In this document: positions 27,501 to 36,891 of the stretch, piece after piece
How positions within the stretch are numbered: the first letter of the stretch is position 1
How the letters are laid out: each line of letters begins with the position of its first letter
IMG/VR virus record: IMGVR_UViG_3300046463_000548
Coordinates: 64,001 to 128,000 of that record
Reading direction: 5' to 3' (one strand)
Length of the DNA: 64,000 nucleotides
Source of the DNA: a virus
The notes under the pieces: generated by a model
Databases searched by the model: none
The model's input: the letters and a program-made list of their open reading frames with translations, nothing else
What the model was told of the DNA's origin: nothing
Made by a program: the position numbers and the translations under genes

Positions 27501-28655
27501 TTAGAGTGAGGCGAAGCCCGAACCAACGGCATTAATCCCGCGTTGAAGCAGGGCAGAGCCCGCGTTGGTTATCACTGAACCAAAGCTGTTGATGGTTGCG
27601 GTTATCGCGTTGTTAGTGCCGTTTTGAGCCACCGAGCCGGGAAGGATTGAACCCGCGTCCACCAGGTTCACGAAAACGTCCCCGACTTCGAAGGTCACTT
27701 GATTGATGATCCGGTTGCTGTTGCCAGATTCCATGGCGTACGACTCAACGTTAGACGGCCAGCATTCGGTGTACTCGACAATCGCGAGAACGTTCGACGT
27801 AACGTCCAGCAGGTAGATGAAGATCGGAAACTTGTAGTCGGAAGGACGACCCCAACCACCTCCCATACTCGCTGCCTGATTAGCGGAGAACGGCGTGATA
27901 ATCGCGTTCTGCCACGCCTGTATGTAGGTCAGCGCAACGTTTGATGAGTCCGCGTAGATTCCGAGACGCAAGCTGCCGACTGAATACTTCGCTGGGTACG
28001 CACGCGGGCGGCCCTCACGGAAAATGTGCTGAGCCTCAAACGTGCGGAAGGGCAGGGTAGCCTGCTCAACGTAGTACCACGGAAGCTGCGCGGCGTTAGA
28101 TGTTGCAATCTGGCCGCCCAAGGCCGATGTCAACCCACCGGCCAGTGCTGAACTCAGGTTCGATAGAATCGAACTGGAAGTCGCATTGGATGCCGTCTGG
28201 TTCGAGCCGGGAGTAATCACGGGCATCTGCGCGTACCACGTGTACGCGAGCATAGGATCGGAGCGAGCTTGCGCACCAGCCAGATCGTAGCCCGGGTTGA
28301 TACCGTTATTTGACGAGCTTTGGAAGGAGGTCCCGGGACTCGAAAGCACGGAGCCGGAAGACGCCATCCCACCTAAGCCGGATATAGCGGCCGAAAATGC
28401 GTTTGCCGGGGCCGAGGCGAGCGTAGAAACCGCTGCAGAGACATTCCCCGTGAGTAGGTCACCGGCTGCACCAACGACCGAACCTAAGGCCGATTTGACG
28501 GTATTGGACGCGGCACCTACGACATTGGATACAACTGTGTTCTTGGCGTTTGAAACGGCACCGGTAATGCCAGTCTTGATACTGTTGATCTGGCCTTTGG
28601 TATTTACTTTGATTTGACTTTCGGCGGAAGATACTGCATCGGAGAGAAACGACAT
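27501..28655 (-). CDS. tail-tube-fold protein (gp19/gp54-like)
   Basis: VEQATLP...YIQAWQN...YK...LLD...ECWPSNV...VTF. Confidence 0.7.
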   Translation of the reverse strand: MSFLSDAVSSAESQIKVNTKGQINSIKTGITGAVSNAKNTVVSNVVGAASNTVKSALGSVVGAAGDLLTGNVSAAVSTLASAPANAFSAAISGLGGMASSGSVLSSPGTSFQSSSNNGINPGYDLAGAQARSDPMLAYTWYAQMPVITPGSNQTASNATSSSILSNLSSALAGGLTSALGGQIATSNAAQLPWYYVEQATLPFRTFEAQHIFREGRPRAYPAKYSVGSLRLGIYADSSNVALTYIQAWQNAIITPFSANQAASMGGGWGRPSDYKFPIFIYLLDVTSNVLAIVEYTECWPSNVESYAMESGNSNRIINQVTFEVGDVFVNLVDAGSILPGSVAQNGTNNAITATINSFGSVITNAGSALLQRGINAVGSGFASL

Positions 28656-28678
28656 AGGGCAGACCTTTCAAAAGGTGC

Positions 28679-28735
28679 GCCCTAACAATGAATGACAGGC
28701 GTTTGAACCTCTAACGCCTGTCTGTGCGTTAGGGC
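28679..28735. other. long imperfect hairpin upstream of tail operon
   Basis: GCCCTAAC/GTTAGGGC enclosing GACAGGCGTT/AACGCCTGTC. Confidence 0.7.
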
Positions 28736-28778
28736 AAAAAAGAGGGCGGCAAACCCTCGAAGGTCTTAGCGCCGCCCT
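28736..28778 (-). terminator. rho-independent terminator
   Basis: AGGGCGGC...GCCGCCCT followed by CTTTTTT on - strand. Confidence 0.75.
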
Positions 28779-28789
28779 TGATACAGTTA

Positions 28790-28848
28790 CATGCAAGCCC
28801 CCTTCCCTATGGGAATTCCGTGGCCCTTGCTCAAAGCCAACTTGCATG
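28790..28848 (-). ncRNA. candidate small structured RNA (three-way junction)
   Basis: CATGCAAG/CTTGCATG closes two hairpins; flanked by promoter-like motif and terminator. Confidence 0.4.
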
Positions 28849-28865
28849 CACCTGTTCGAGTTACT

Positions 28866-28873
28866 ATGAAATT
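28866..28873 (-). promoter_or_regulatory. putative phage promoter motif AATTTCAT
   Basis: Recurrent intergenic motif. Confidence 0.45.
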
Positions 28874-28878
28874 GGAGG

Positions 28879-29337
28879 TCAGTTGCCCCAGATCATCAAC
28901 AACGCCGGGTCTACCGGGATATAGCCATTAGGTGCTGGTCTCAGCAGTGATATGGAATCCGGCGCGAGCCGCCCCTGCGGAGGCAAGTAATAGCCGTTGT
29001 TTCTGGCGTCATCAAGAACGACCATCTTGGGATCGGCCTTCGGCACGTACAGGTCACGCTGAATCAGCGTCCGTGTGTTTTCCACTTCTTCCGGCCAGTG
29101 CTCTTCTGTCCGATAGGCAATCCAGTCCTTGGCTAGTTCCGGCTTTACGAGCAGGGTCAATCCGAGTCCTGAAAGCATACGTTCCGGCTGCTTGTCGAGA
29201 CCAACGACCACCACCTCTGAGTACTGTTGACGGGCGTTAGCCAGCAGCGTAAGACAGTCGCGAAGCATCTGCCCTTCAACTGCTGGCGTGTACTTCGTGT
29301 AAGTCACACCGATGTAGAAAATACGAGGCTTTTTCAT
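28879..29337 (-). CDS. hypothetical protein
   Basis: ATGA coupling to upstream gene. Confidence 0.65.
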   Translation of the reverse strand: MKKPRIFYIGVTYTKYTPAVEGQMLRDCLTLLANARQQYSEVVVVGLDKQPERMLSGLGLTLLVKPELAKDWIAYRTEEHWPEEVENTRTLIQRDLYVPKADPKMVVLDDARNNGYYLPPQGRLAPDSISLLRPAPNGYIPVDPALLMIWGN

Positions 29338-29561
29338 CTCTTTGTCCCCTTAGCTAGGGCTCGCGCTTTCTCCAGCGGAACCAGATAGACGCGATCATTT
29401 GATGTCAGAGTAAATCGCACCAGGTCAGGATCAGAGGACTGACGAACTCCAAACTTTGTACCTTTCTCCAAAGTAACACTGCTCGTTATCTTCAACGACC
29501 GGCCGCTGTAAGTGAACCAGTCGAAGTTTTCCTCAGTTTTCTTCAGAAGGAAGCTGTACAT
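29334..29561 (-). CDS. hypothetical protein
   Basis: TAATG coupling to portal gene. Confidence 0.65.
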   Translation of the reverse strand: MYSFLLKKTEENFDWFTYSGRSLKITSSVTLEKGTKFGVRQSSDPDLVRFTLTSNDRVYLVPLEKARALAKGTKR

Positions 29562-31456
29562 TATTTGTAATTCCCAAAACCCGGAAGCGTTGCGCGGCCC
29601 AGCTTTTGCACGTTAGCCCGACGCAGCTTCTCCTGATAGTGCGGGTCACCATCGACCTTCTTCGCGATCTTCATAATCTGATCGTGCGCACGGTGGCGAC
29701 GGTCTGCCATCGCCGCAGAAGGGATGTGCCGAACCTGATCGGTTTTCGTCAGCGCCCACGCATCACCCGAATCACCGAAGTCACGTGAAAGCAGGGGCTT
29801 GCGGTACGCGCGTTGCTGCATGAGGTTTGCGCTCATCGACGTATGCTGGTTAGTCCGTTCGATCAATGCGGAGAGTTCCGGCTGCTCTGCGTCATCGATT
29901 TCACGCTCGTCATCATCGAACTCGTTGGAGAAATGATCCTCGCCCTCGTGCGATGTATCCTTGCCGGTGAATTCCTCCAGGCGCTGACGCAACACCTTGT
30001 CTTCATCGAGGTCGCGTACCAGCGCGTCCGGGTCGATCTTTGCAGCGGCCATCCACATCTTGAGAGGGATAGGGACGCCCTTTTCCGAAGCCATTTCGAG
30101 CAGTTCCATCATGTTCTCTTCGCCCTTCGCTTCAAGCTCCTTGTGCCAGTGAAGCTGCGGCATCTTGAGGTTCGAACGGTTGGCGCGGTTGAACAGGAAG
30201 TCCACAATCTTGCCGCTCTTCGCTTTGTTCTTCGGATCGACATACAGATCGTTGACCACAGCAATCAGCGGGAACAGCTTCGCGTAGAACACGCGGTCCG
30301 TCAGGTCTGTGCGGTAGCTATTCATCGTTTCGAGGAACGTTGAATATGCAGACTCTGCTGCCGCGTACGACGATTCGCCAGACAGGAACGACTCACTGAT
30401 GCCCAGCGCCCGGAGCTTGTACGGAACAAGCACATCGGCCATGTCCGTCCACTTCCAGAAATCGCCACCTGGTCGGATGTCTGCAGCCTGCACCGAATTA
30501 CGTGTCGAAATCCATCCGCCCAACGGGTCGAATTCGGCCTGCTGGAACTGCGATACGAGCGCCTGGAGTTCTTCGCCGGTCGGAGTCCAGTTGTCATCGC
30601 CAGCCGTCAGGTGAGTCATCGCGCGTTGACGACGCTGAGCCTCAACAAGCGTCCCACGGAACAGCGTCTTTTCGATCAGATACATCGGCAAGATGCGGTG
30701 CAAGTAGGACGTGTATGCGCGGTCCGTTGTTGAACGGCGCGGGACGAACAGTGTGGTCACCGGGTCCAGCGTGAACGCGCCCGACTTCAGCATGTCCAGG
30801 AACTGCGGAGGCATCGAGTCGAGATACTTCCGCGCGTACTCTGACGTGTCGTGCATGAACTGCTGTGTTGACTGTCCAACACGCACATTGATCGTCGGGT
30901 CGATACCCCAGAACGGGGAGGGGATCACGGCGCAGGACAGCGCGTCATGAATCAGCGTGTCCATGAACTGCTTTGAACGGGGATCGAACACCAACGATCC
31001 ACAGAAGAAACCATCAGTCAGGTGAGCCGTCGATATCGTAGGCATCATCTGGCGGAGGTTCAGTCGGTCTAACGCCTCTTCATAGAACTTCAGTTCTTTC
31101 TCTTCCAGACCGCGCAGTTCCCAATCGGAGAACGGAAAATGCGACTGGATGTCCACAGACGAACCCGCTGTGTTATCGAACAGATACATATCCCGGTAGA
31201 ACAGGGCTAGGGTAGAGGTGTCGATCAGATGCGGGTCTGCCGGGATGATACCCGTCATGTAGTACTGGTAGTTCGACTGCCAAAACCCGTTCACGGACAT
31301 TGATGCGCCGCCCGATGTTCCGCTCATACCCATGCTTGCGGTCACCTGCGTCATCGAACGCGGGGACGCACGGTGTACGATGGTGTTCCCCGGTGATTCG
31401 CCCATCATGTTTATTGAGCCGTTTGTAACGCCCAAAATGCGCTTCTTGCTGTACAT
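29561..31456 (-). CDS. portal protein (probable)
   Basis: About 630 aa near terminase; YRDMY, FPFSDW, KLRALGISESFLSGESSY helical portal-like pattern; start re-called at MYSKKR. Confidence 0.7.
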   Translation of the reverse strand: MYSKKRILGVTNGSINMMGESPGNTIVHRASPRSMTQVTASMGMSGTSGGASMSVNGFWQSNYQYYMTGIIPADPHLIDTSTLALFYRDMYLFDNTAGSSVDIQSHFPFSDWELRGLEEKELKFYEEALDRLNLRQMMPTISTAHLTDGFFCGSLVFDPRSKQFMDTLIHDALSCAVIPSPFWGIDPTINVRVGQSTQQFMHDTSEYARKYLDSMPPQFLDMLKSGAFTLDPVTTLFVPRRSTTDRAYTSYLHRILPMYLIEKTLFRGTLVEAQRRQRAMTHLTAGDDNWTPTGEELQALVSQFQQAEFDPLGGWISTRNSVQAADIRPGGDFWKWTDMADVLVPYKLRALGISESFLSGESSYAAAESAYSTFLETMNSYRTDLTDRVFYAKLFPLIAVVNDLYVDPKNKAKSGKIVDFLFNRANRSNLKMPQLHWHKELEAKGEENMMELLEMASEKGVPIPLKMWMAAAKIDPDALVRDLDEDKVLRQRLEEFTGKDTSHEGEDHFSNEFDDDEREIDDAEQPELSALIERTNQHTSMSANLMQQRAYRKPLLSRDFGDSGDAWALTKTDQVRHIPSAAMADRRHRAHDQIMKIAKKVDGDPHYQEKLRRANVQKLGRATLPGFGNYK

Positions 31457-31493
31457 GTGTTTAATCCTGTTGTTCGATGCACTCGTACACGGC

Positions 31494-31991
31494 TCATTGC
31501 CTTGACCTTCGCGCGTATCGGTTAAAGTCGGCATTCCGGAAGGCCAAACGTATGCATAGGTTCAGCTTTGTGTCAGAGGCGATTTCTCGGTATTCCGCAC
31601 GTTGAACCATGCGCAGGGTGTACCTAGCGCTCGCACCGTTCTTGGCTATGAACTTACGGACAACGAAGATGCCAACGCCTTTCGGAATGTCGCCCTTGAT
31701 CGTCTCGTAGGTCTTGGAACCAACTACGAAAAACAATTTATTCGAGTAGTCCAGATACTTGGGCCACTTACCTGCACGGTGATCCACGTAGAAATCAGCG
31801 GGGCAGCTTTTGATTTCGCAGATGACGACTTCGCCTTTCATGTTGACGGCGAGTAGGTCTGCACGCAGCGCCCCGCTTGGGTTTAATCCGACCTCCGCAT
31901 TCACCGCATAGCACTTATCTGTGTAATACCTTCGCACCTGATCCTTCAGAAGCTGTGCGATATCCTTGCGGGTCATCTGTGTTTTGATCAT
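31494..31991 (-). CDS. MmcB-like PD-(D/E)xK endonuclease
   Basis: RADLLA...ICEIKS...DF..D..KW.KYLDYS.KLFF. Confidence 0.85.
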   Translation of the reverse strand: MIKTQMTRKDIAQLLKDQVRRYYTDKCYAVNAEVGLNPSGALRADLLAVNMKGEVVICEIKSCPADFYVDHRAGKWPKYLDYSNKLFFVVGSKTYETIKGDIPKGVGIFVVRKFIAKNGASARYTLRMVQRAEYREIASDTKLNLCIRLAFRNADFNRYARRSRQ

Positions 31992-32677
31992 CGTTGAAGG
32001 AACTTCACCATGTCGTCTCGTATCTTTCCGTACTGATCCTGGAGGAACGCTGCGATACGTTCCCGGCTATCCAGTTGGACCTTTCGAAACTGTTTGTACT
32101 GTTCCTCGTCACCCACAACTTCCTTGGTATCGTGCGCAACCTTTGCATACTCGGTCATCACCTGCATCGCCATGTCCAGGAACGCGGGGCGCAAGATGTT
32201 TTCTGTTATGGCGACGCCTAGCGCGCCCCGATCCTTAGTTGATTGCAGATCGATCACAAGCTCGCGAATCGTCTGAACCAGCCCGTTGTACGAGTGGACA
32301 CCGTACCGGCCGTTCGACTCGTGAACGCCCTTTTCGACTTGCGCAATCAGGTTGATTGACGACTGAATCAGTCGCTTGTTGAGTTTGGAGATAGTGGAGT
32401 CATCATCGTCACCAGACTCCAGCAATTCGACCATCTCTTCAGCGTCGTCACCGAAAACGGTGCGGAGATTGGCGAGGTTCGACGGAGCGTCTGTCGCTGC
32501 TTTCTTACTCTTGCGCTCAGGCTCAACGATCACCAGTTCTGTGCTCGCTTTCTTTTTCTTCAGACGGGGTTGGTCGTCATCATCGTCATCCAGCGACATC
32601 GTGGGGCGCTTGCTCTTCGGCTTGCGATTAAGATTGAAGTCCTCATCGACTTCGACAGCAACAGACTTTTTCGGCAT
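31988..32677 (-). CDS. hypothetical helical protein with charged N-terminal tail
   Basis: ORF coupled to neighbours; D/K blocks. Confidence 0.7.
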   Translation of the reverse strand: MPKKSVAVEVDEDFNLNRKPKSKRPTMSLDDDDDDQPRLKKKKASTELVIVEPERKSKKAATDAPSNLANLRTVFGDDAEEMVELLESGDDDDSTISKLNKRLIQSSINLIAQVEKGVHESNGRYGVHSYNGLVQTIRELVIDLQSTKDRGALGVAITENILRPAFLDMAMQVMTEYAKVAHDTKEVVGDEEQYKQFRKVQLDSRERIAAFLQDQYGKIRDDMVKFLQR

Positions 32678-32680
32678 GGC

Positions 32681-33187
32681 TTAGACTTGGGAATCAGGGA
32701 TCGGTATTGCGATGCGATGCTCGTCGCACGTGAGCACCGGGAATCCGTTTGCGTGGGAGCGCTCCATCGGCTTGCGGCACTCCGGGCAGAGACCGGCACC
32801 GGCCACGTCGGCGGACATGTCGATACGCGCGTGAACCTTGGACGCAGACGCTTCGAGCTTTTTCTGTTTGTCAGAGACGGTTGCAGATGCCGTCATAAAT
32901 GCTGCTGGTATCTTCTTCATAATCAAGTCCTTTGGGGTGAATAAGGCATCCTGACGGGGCGTCATTCCGTCAGGACACGCGAGATACTGAATGGATGCCA
33001 CGCCCACCGAACCCCAATGGGGATTTGACCGTTCGGCGTCTAGCCTACGTAACTCCTGGCAGTAGTCCCTTCGCCACACAACGCCTAGGTGAGCAGCGGC
33101 TTTGGAGGCGAAATATTTCGGGTTTCTATGCCACTCGGTGATCGTTCCGTCTTTCAAGACACACCGTCCCCACACGTACCAGTTCAT
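32681..33187 (-). CDS. hypothetical protein with C-terminal zinc ribbon (possible internal start at 32920)
   Basis: CPEC...CDEHR; ATGA coupling at 33187; second AAGGA SD before MKKIP. Confidence 0.55.
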   Translation of the reverse strand: MNWYVWGRCVLKDGTITEWHRNPKYFASKAAAHLGVVWRRDYCQELRRLDAERSNPHWGSVGVASIQYLACPDGMTPRQDALFTPKDLIMKKIPAAFMTASATVSDKQKKLEASASKVHARIDMSADVAGAGLCPECRKPMERSHANGFPVLTCDEHRIAIPIPDSQV

Positions 33188-33699
33188 AATTGGGGCCCGG
33201 TGATCACAGCTTCGTGGTTCAGACCGTGCACGATCAAAATACTGACCTTGGCAAACAACGTGTACGGCGGGTCGGCTTTGTCGCTGTTCCGGAACGGAGA
33301 CATGAGCGGACAAACCGTAACGAAAATGCGGGGGCACACTTCGCCGCGAACCTGTTGGCGCATCATCGAGGTGATTGTCTGAATGATGGAGTGGGTGAAT
33401 ACGTGCGCTCGCGCTTCCTCATCTTTCGCAGATGTCACAACTTCCAGGCCGAACGGCAGCGGGGTATAGATACGACCGTCAACCTCATGTGTGGGCTGCT
33501 CACCCTCTCCAAGGATTGCGCAGTTGATACCCATATCGTTCAGTCCGGCCGTCACTACGTCGGGAAGGATTAGGCTCATCGGGTGGTACCGATGCATATC
33601 GACAAGCTTGAGTTCTGGCATCTTTGATTTTTGTCTTTGAATAACAGTTTCAGGGCTAACCCCGTCCACGGATGAATGTTGCGTGTGCCCGCAGTACAC
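33184..33699 (-). CDS. hypothetical protein
   Basis: ORF in minus-strand array; start uncertain. Confidence 0.6.
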   Translation of the reverse strand: MYCGHTQHSSVDGVSPETVIQRQKSKMPELKLVDMHRYHPMSLILPDVVTAGLNDMGINCAILGEGEQPTHEVDGRIYTPLPFGLEVVTSAKDEEARAHVFTHSIIQTITSMMRQQVRGEVCPRIFVTVCPLMSPFRNSDKADPPYTLFAKVSILIVHGLNHEAVITGPQL

Positions 33700-34018
33700 T
33701 GACGAACGTGTTCACCTGATAGGTGCCGTTCTCGATTTCAACAACGTGAATCTCACGGAGCGTCATCTTGTCCGTACCTTCAGTCGCGGCCTTAGCAAAG
33801 GCACTAGAGAAATCCCGCAGCAGATCACGCGCGACTTCAAAAGGCGTTGGCGTGTGATCGTAGCTTTTGGTCCACGGAAATTCTGGGCAGGTGATCCACT
33901 TGCCTCGTTCCGGACCTTTAGTCACGGACCAAGCGGAGACCATTCCGTCGTCCAGCCAGACCAACCTAACCCCTTGTTGATCTAGATATTCCTGAATCCG
34001 TTCGGAGTTCGTGATCAT
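33656..34018 (-). CDS. hypothetical protein
   Basis: ATGA coupling to RuvC-like gene. Confidence 0.65.
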   Translation of the reverse strand: MITNSERIQEYLDQQGVRLVWLDDGMVSAWSVTKGPERGKWITCPEFPWTKSYDHTPTPFEVARDLLRDFSSAFAKAATEGTDKMTLREIHVVEIENGTYQVNTFVSVLRAHATFIRGRG

Positions 34019-34632
34019 GCTGAATCCCTTCGGATGCGCCGCTGCTTCGGGGGCAGGAGCGATGAGTTCTCCGCCTGCATCATGATCTTGTGCGGGTCAT
34101 AATCGAGCAGCGAGCCGGTTCCCTTTTCCAGACCGAAGATGCCGATGAAACACGCGTCCAACTGGTGAGGGGTGATCGCGCATTCTGCGTACATCGCATC
34201 GAGAGTCAGCGGATCAAATCGCCTGTTCCAAGCGTTCTTCCAGGTAGCGGCTGTGATTGCCTTGATCGGCAGTCTGTAGCCCCCTAGAAGCCCGACCATG
34301 ACCCCCACGTATTCGATCAGGGGCCCAGACTGTCCGCGCGTCTGGAACCGCTCTACGACGATTCCATTAGGCTGGTACACCGCAACCCATTTGTCGATTT
34401 CGGCAAGGAAGTCGTTGCGCTGCTGACCGTACGCAACCAGATCAGAAATCGGCTTTGTTACCAGCGAGTTCGCAACGATCTTCACCTTGCCGTGTTCGTT
34501 GCACGCAACTACTGAAATTCCGCAGTTGCGCGAACCAGGGTCCAGAGCGAGCACACGTTTTGTTGCATCGAGCAAGCCCGAACTTTCCGGAAGTGTGTAT
34601 TCCTTGTTCGGTTTTATTGGTTTTTTCGGCAT
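34015..34632 (-). CDS. RuvC-like Holliday junction resolvase
   Basis: VLALDPGSRNCG, VVERF, TWK, HQLDA. Confidence 0.85.
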   Translation of the reverse strand: MPKKPIKPNKEYTLPESSGLLDATKRVLALDPGSRNCGISVVACNEHGKVKIVANSLVTKPISDLVAYGQQRNDFLAEIDKWVAVYQPNGIVVERFQTRGQSGPLIEYVGVMVGLLGGYRLPIKAITAATWKNAWNRRFDPLTLDAMYAECAITPHQLDACFIGIFGLEKGTGSLLDYDPHKIMMQAENSSLLPPKQRRIRRDSA

Positions 34633-34657
34633 CTCTTATAGACCTCAGGAAGATGCT

Positions 34658-34665
34658 ATGAAATT
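34658..34665 (-). promoter_or_regulatory. putative phage promoter motif AATTTCAT
   Basis: About 26 nt upstream of RuvC-like start. Confidence 0.45.
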
Positions 34666-34678
34666 AAAGCGAATCACC

Positions 34679-36889
34679 TCATCTGTAGCGCTGGCCGTAG
34701 CGGTTAGCCATACCGGAACGTGACGCAAATCCTGGCATTGGCATGCCCACTCGATTGCCGTCGTAGTTGTACTTTCGAGCCTCAGACAAGCGCTCCATGA
34801 CCTTTTCGTTATGGATGCATTTAGTCAGCAGCACAATCGCCCGCCAGATATCGTCCGTGGTGTGTTCGCCCTTTTCGGGTGCCCGCGTCGGGCCCGCATC
34901 GCGAACGGTCACTGCCTGCAACAGGAAGTGAGCCACGGGCTTATTCATCATTTCCGTACGGTAGTTCTCCACGCGTCCGTCCAAGATGAAATCGATGTCT
35001 ATTTGCTGGACTGTCGGCAGTATCAGGTTCTTGTTCTCGAACATCGCACGTGTCGCCTCAAAGTCGGCACGCTTTGGCGAATACTGCTTTGGCAGGGTCC
35101 GGGGTTTTCCATCCGGATTCAAGCCCATGTCCTGACGTATGCGGTACAGCAAGTCAATCGACTGCCACTGGTCGGCACCGAGCCCCACGGCGTTCAGGTC
35201 CTTTGCCAACTTCAAAATCACTTCCTGATATAACAGGTTGAAGTTGATCTTTCGGCCGTCCGTAGGCATACATTCAAGAATCGTGGATACGATGGTCTTG
35301 CCCGTATCGAAATCGTAGTGCCCACCAGTAATCACGAATGAGTTGTTGGTGTGCCCCGCGTCGATTGCGATCACGGAGGGGTAGCGGAACGTTCTGATCT
35401 TCTCGATCTTTCCGTAGACCTCGCCCGCGATGTCGTACTGGTAAATGAAGTTGTGACTGTTGTTGCCGTTGACGAAAATTCCTTCCTTCATCGTAGACGG
35501 CTGGATAAAACGCGAGTGCACCGCTGGAGGGTTCGCGCCCCAATCTCGCTCTGCTTTTTCATAATTAGAGTTATAAGCAGCGACGATCATTGGTGATTGT
35601 CGTGTGAAACCTGGGTTCACTTCCCAGGTTGGCAAGTTAATGCCTAAGATGGTTTCACGTCCTACGTCTGTCTCTTTCGATTCCTTCAGCAGGCGCATCA
35701 TCTTGTCGCGCATGGAGTAGGGTGAGGACACATTGAAGAGAACAGGTTTCGGGCAGGTGAAGTAGCCTTGCTTCATCAGGCTCTCATACACCATGTTCAT
35801 CGTACCGAGACTTGTGAAAAGCGATTTGTGAGCTTCGTCAGCGTTGGCACGCTCCGAAGTCTCGTCTTCTTCCGTGTCGCCCTTCGGCAAAGGGAAGAGA
35901 CCCAACTCGTCCAGACCGGCGAAGATTCGCGTGTCACCACGGAGAACCGTTGAGCGCGGTCCAGACGGGTAGATAAAGAGGTTCCGGTGGTGGAATCGCA
36001 TGTACTCGGTTGATACCTTGTACAGTTCCTTGCCGTATTTCTCTTTGTAGTGATCCATGATTTCGAAGTACTGCTGGAACCACACAGAGTCTTCGATAAT
36101 CTTTTTATACGGTGCCCACATCAAACCACGGGCTTTGCCAAACGTCAGGCTGACGAACGTACCCGTAAGTTCGGTTGACGACTGCATCAGCTTTGTGAGC
36201 GTAGCAATCGGCGGGAATTTCAGATGCTTGTGCGTCAAGTACGACGAGTACATGGCCAGAGTCAGCGACTTACCGGAACGCTGACCTAGGACGTTCGCCA
36301 ACTGGATATAGTCGTTCAGACCATACTTACGTTTCAGCAGACGCTTCGACCGGCCGCAGTCAGGACACTTTCCCTTTTCCAGCAGTACGAGGTGGCGGGT
36401 GAGCTTACGGGTGTCGTAGTCCACCGGCACATTGTGGACATCTAGCCATTCTTTCTTCGAGCAGCAGGGGCACACTTCACCGAAGAGCATCAACCCAATC
36501 CACATTTGCCGTGCGAACGGTGGATTGATCTTCTCGCCAAGAAGGTTGAAGCAGTAATCGAAGAAGTTTTTCGCCATCTTCAGATCGCGAGTATCAATCT
36601 TCAGATCGTGCAGGGTCCCGGTCTCGTGATCCTCCGCCTCGTGCATGTAGCGACGGATGTCGAAGTCATCAATAGGGGAGCCGTCCGTGTCGTACCCGCC
36701 ATCCTTGATGATATATTCCGTGTCCTTAACTTCCTTGACCTTGACGCCCCTTGGTGTGCTCTTGATCCGCTTTTTCTGAATGTCCTCCATCTGACTATCC
36801 GACAGGAGCATCGGAAACAGAATGTCGGCTTTTGCCTTCATCAAGCGAGTCGTCGCATCGTCTACCTGGCTATAATCTACCTTTCTCAT
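34679..36889 (-). CDS. terL: terminase large subunit
   Basis: Walker A GQRSGKS, Walker B FAGLDE, motif III VSSP, nuclease IAIDAG/DQWQS/DD. Confidence 0.9.
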   Translation of the reverse strand: MRKVDYSQVDDATTRLMKAKADILFPMLLSDSQMEDIQKKRIKSTPRGVKVKEVKDTEYIIKDGGYDTDGSPIDDFDIRRYMHEAEDHETGTLHDLKIDTRDLKMAKNFFDYCFNLLGEKINPPFARQMWIGLMLFGEVCPCCSKKEWLDVHNVPVDYDTRKLTRHLVLLEKGKCPDCGRSKRLLKRKYGLNDYIQLANVLGQRSGKSLTLAMYSSYLTHKHLKFPPIATLTKLMQSSTELTGTFVSLTFGKARGLMWAPYKKIIEDSVWFQQYFEIMDHYKEKYGKELYKVSTEYMRFHHRNLFIYPSGPRSTVLRGDTRIFAGLDELGLFPLPKGDTEEDETSERANADEAHKSLFTSLGTMNMVYESLMKQGYFTCPKPVLFNVSSPYSMRDKMMRLLKESKETDVGRETILGINLPTWEVNPGFTRQSPMIVAAYNSNYEKAERDWGANPPAVHSRFIQPSTMKEGIFVNGNNSHNFIYQYDIAGEVYGKIEKIRTFRYPSVIAIDAGHTNNSFVITGGHYDFDTGKTIVSTILECMPTDGRKINFNLLYQEVILKLAKDLNAVGLGADQWQSIDLLYRIRQDMGLNPDGKPRTLPKQYSPKRADFEATRAMFENKNLILPTVQQIDIDFILDGRVENYRTEMMNKPVAHFLLQAVTVRDAGPTRAPEKGEHTTDDIWRAIVLLTKCIHNEKVMERLSEARKYNYDGNRVGMPMPGFASRSGMANRYGQRYR

Positions 36890-36891
36890 GA

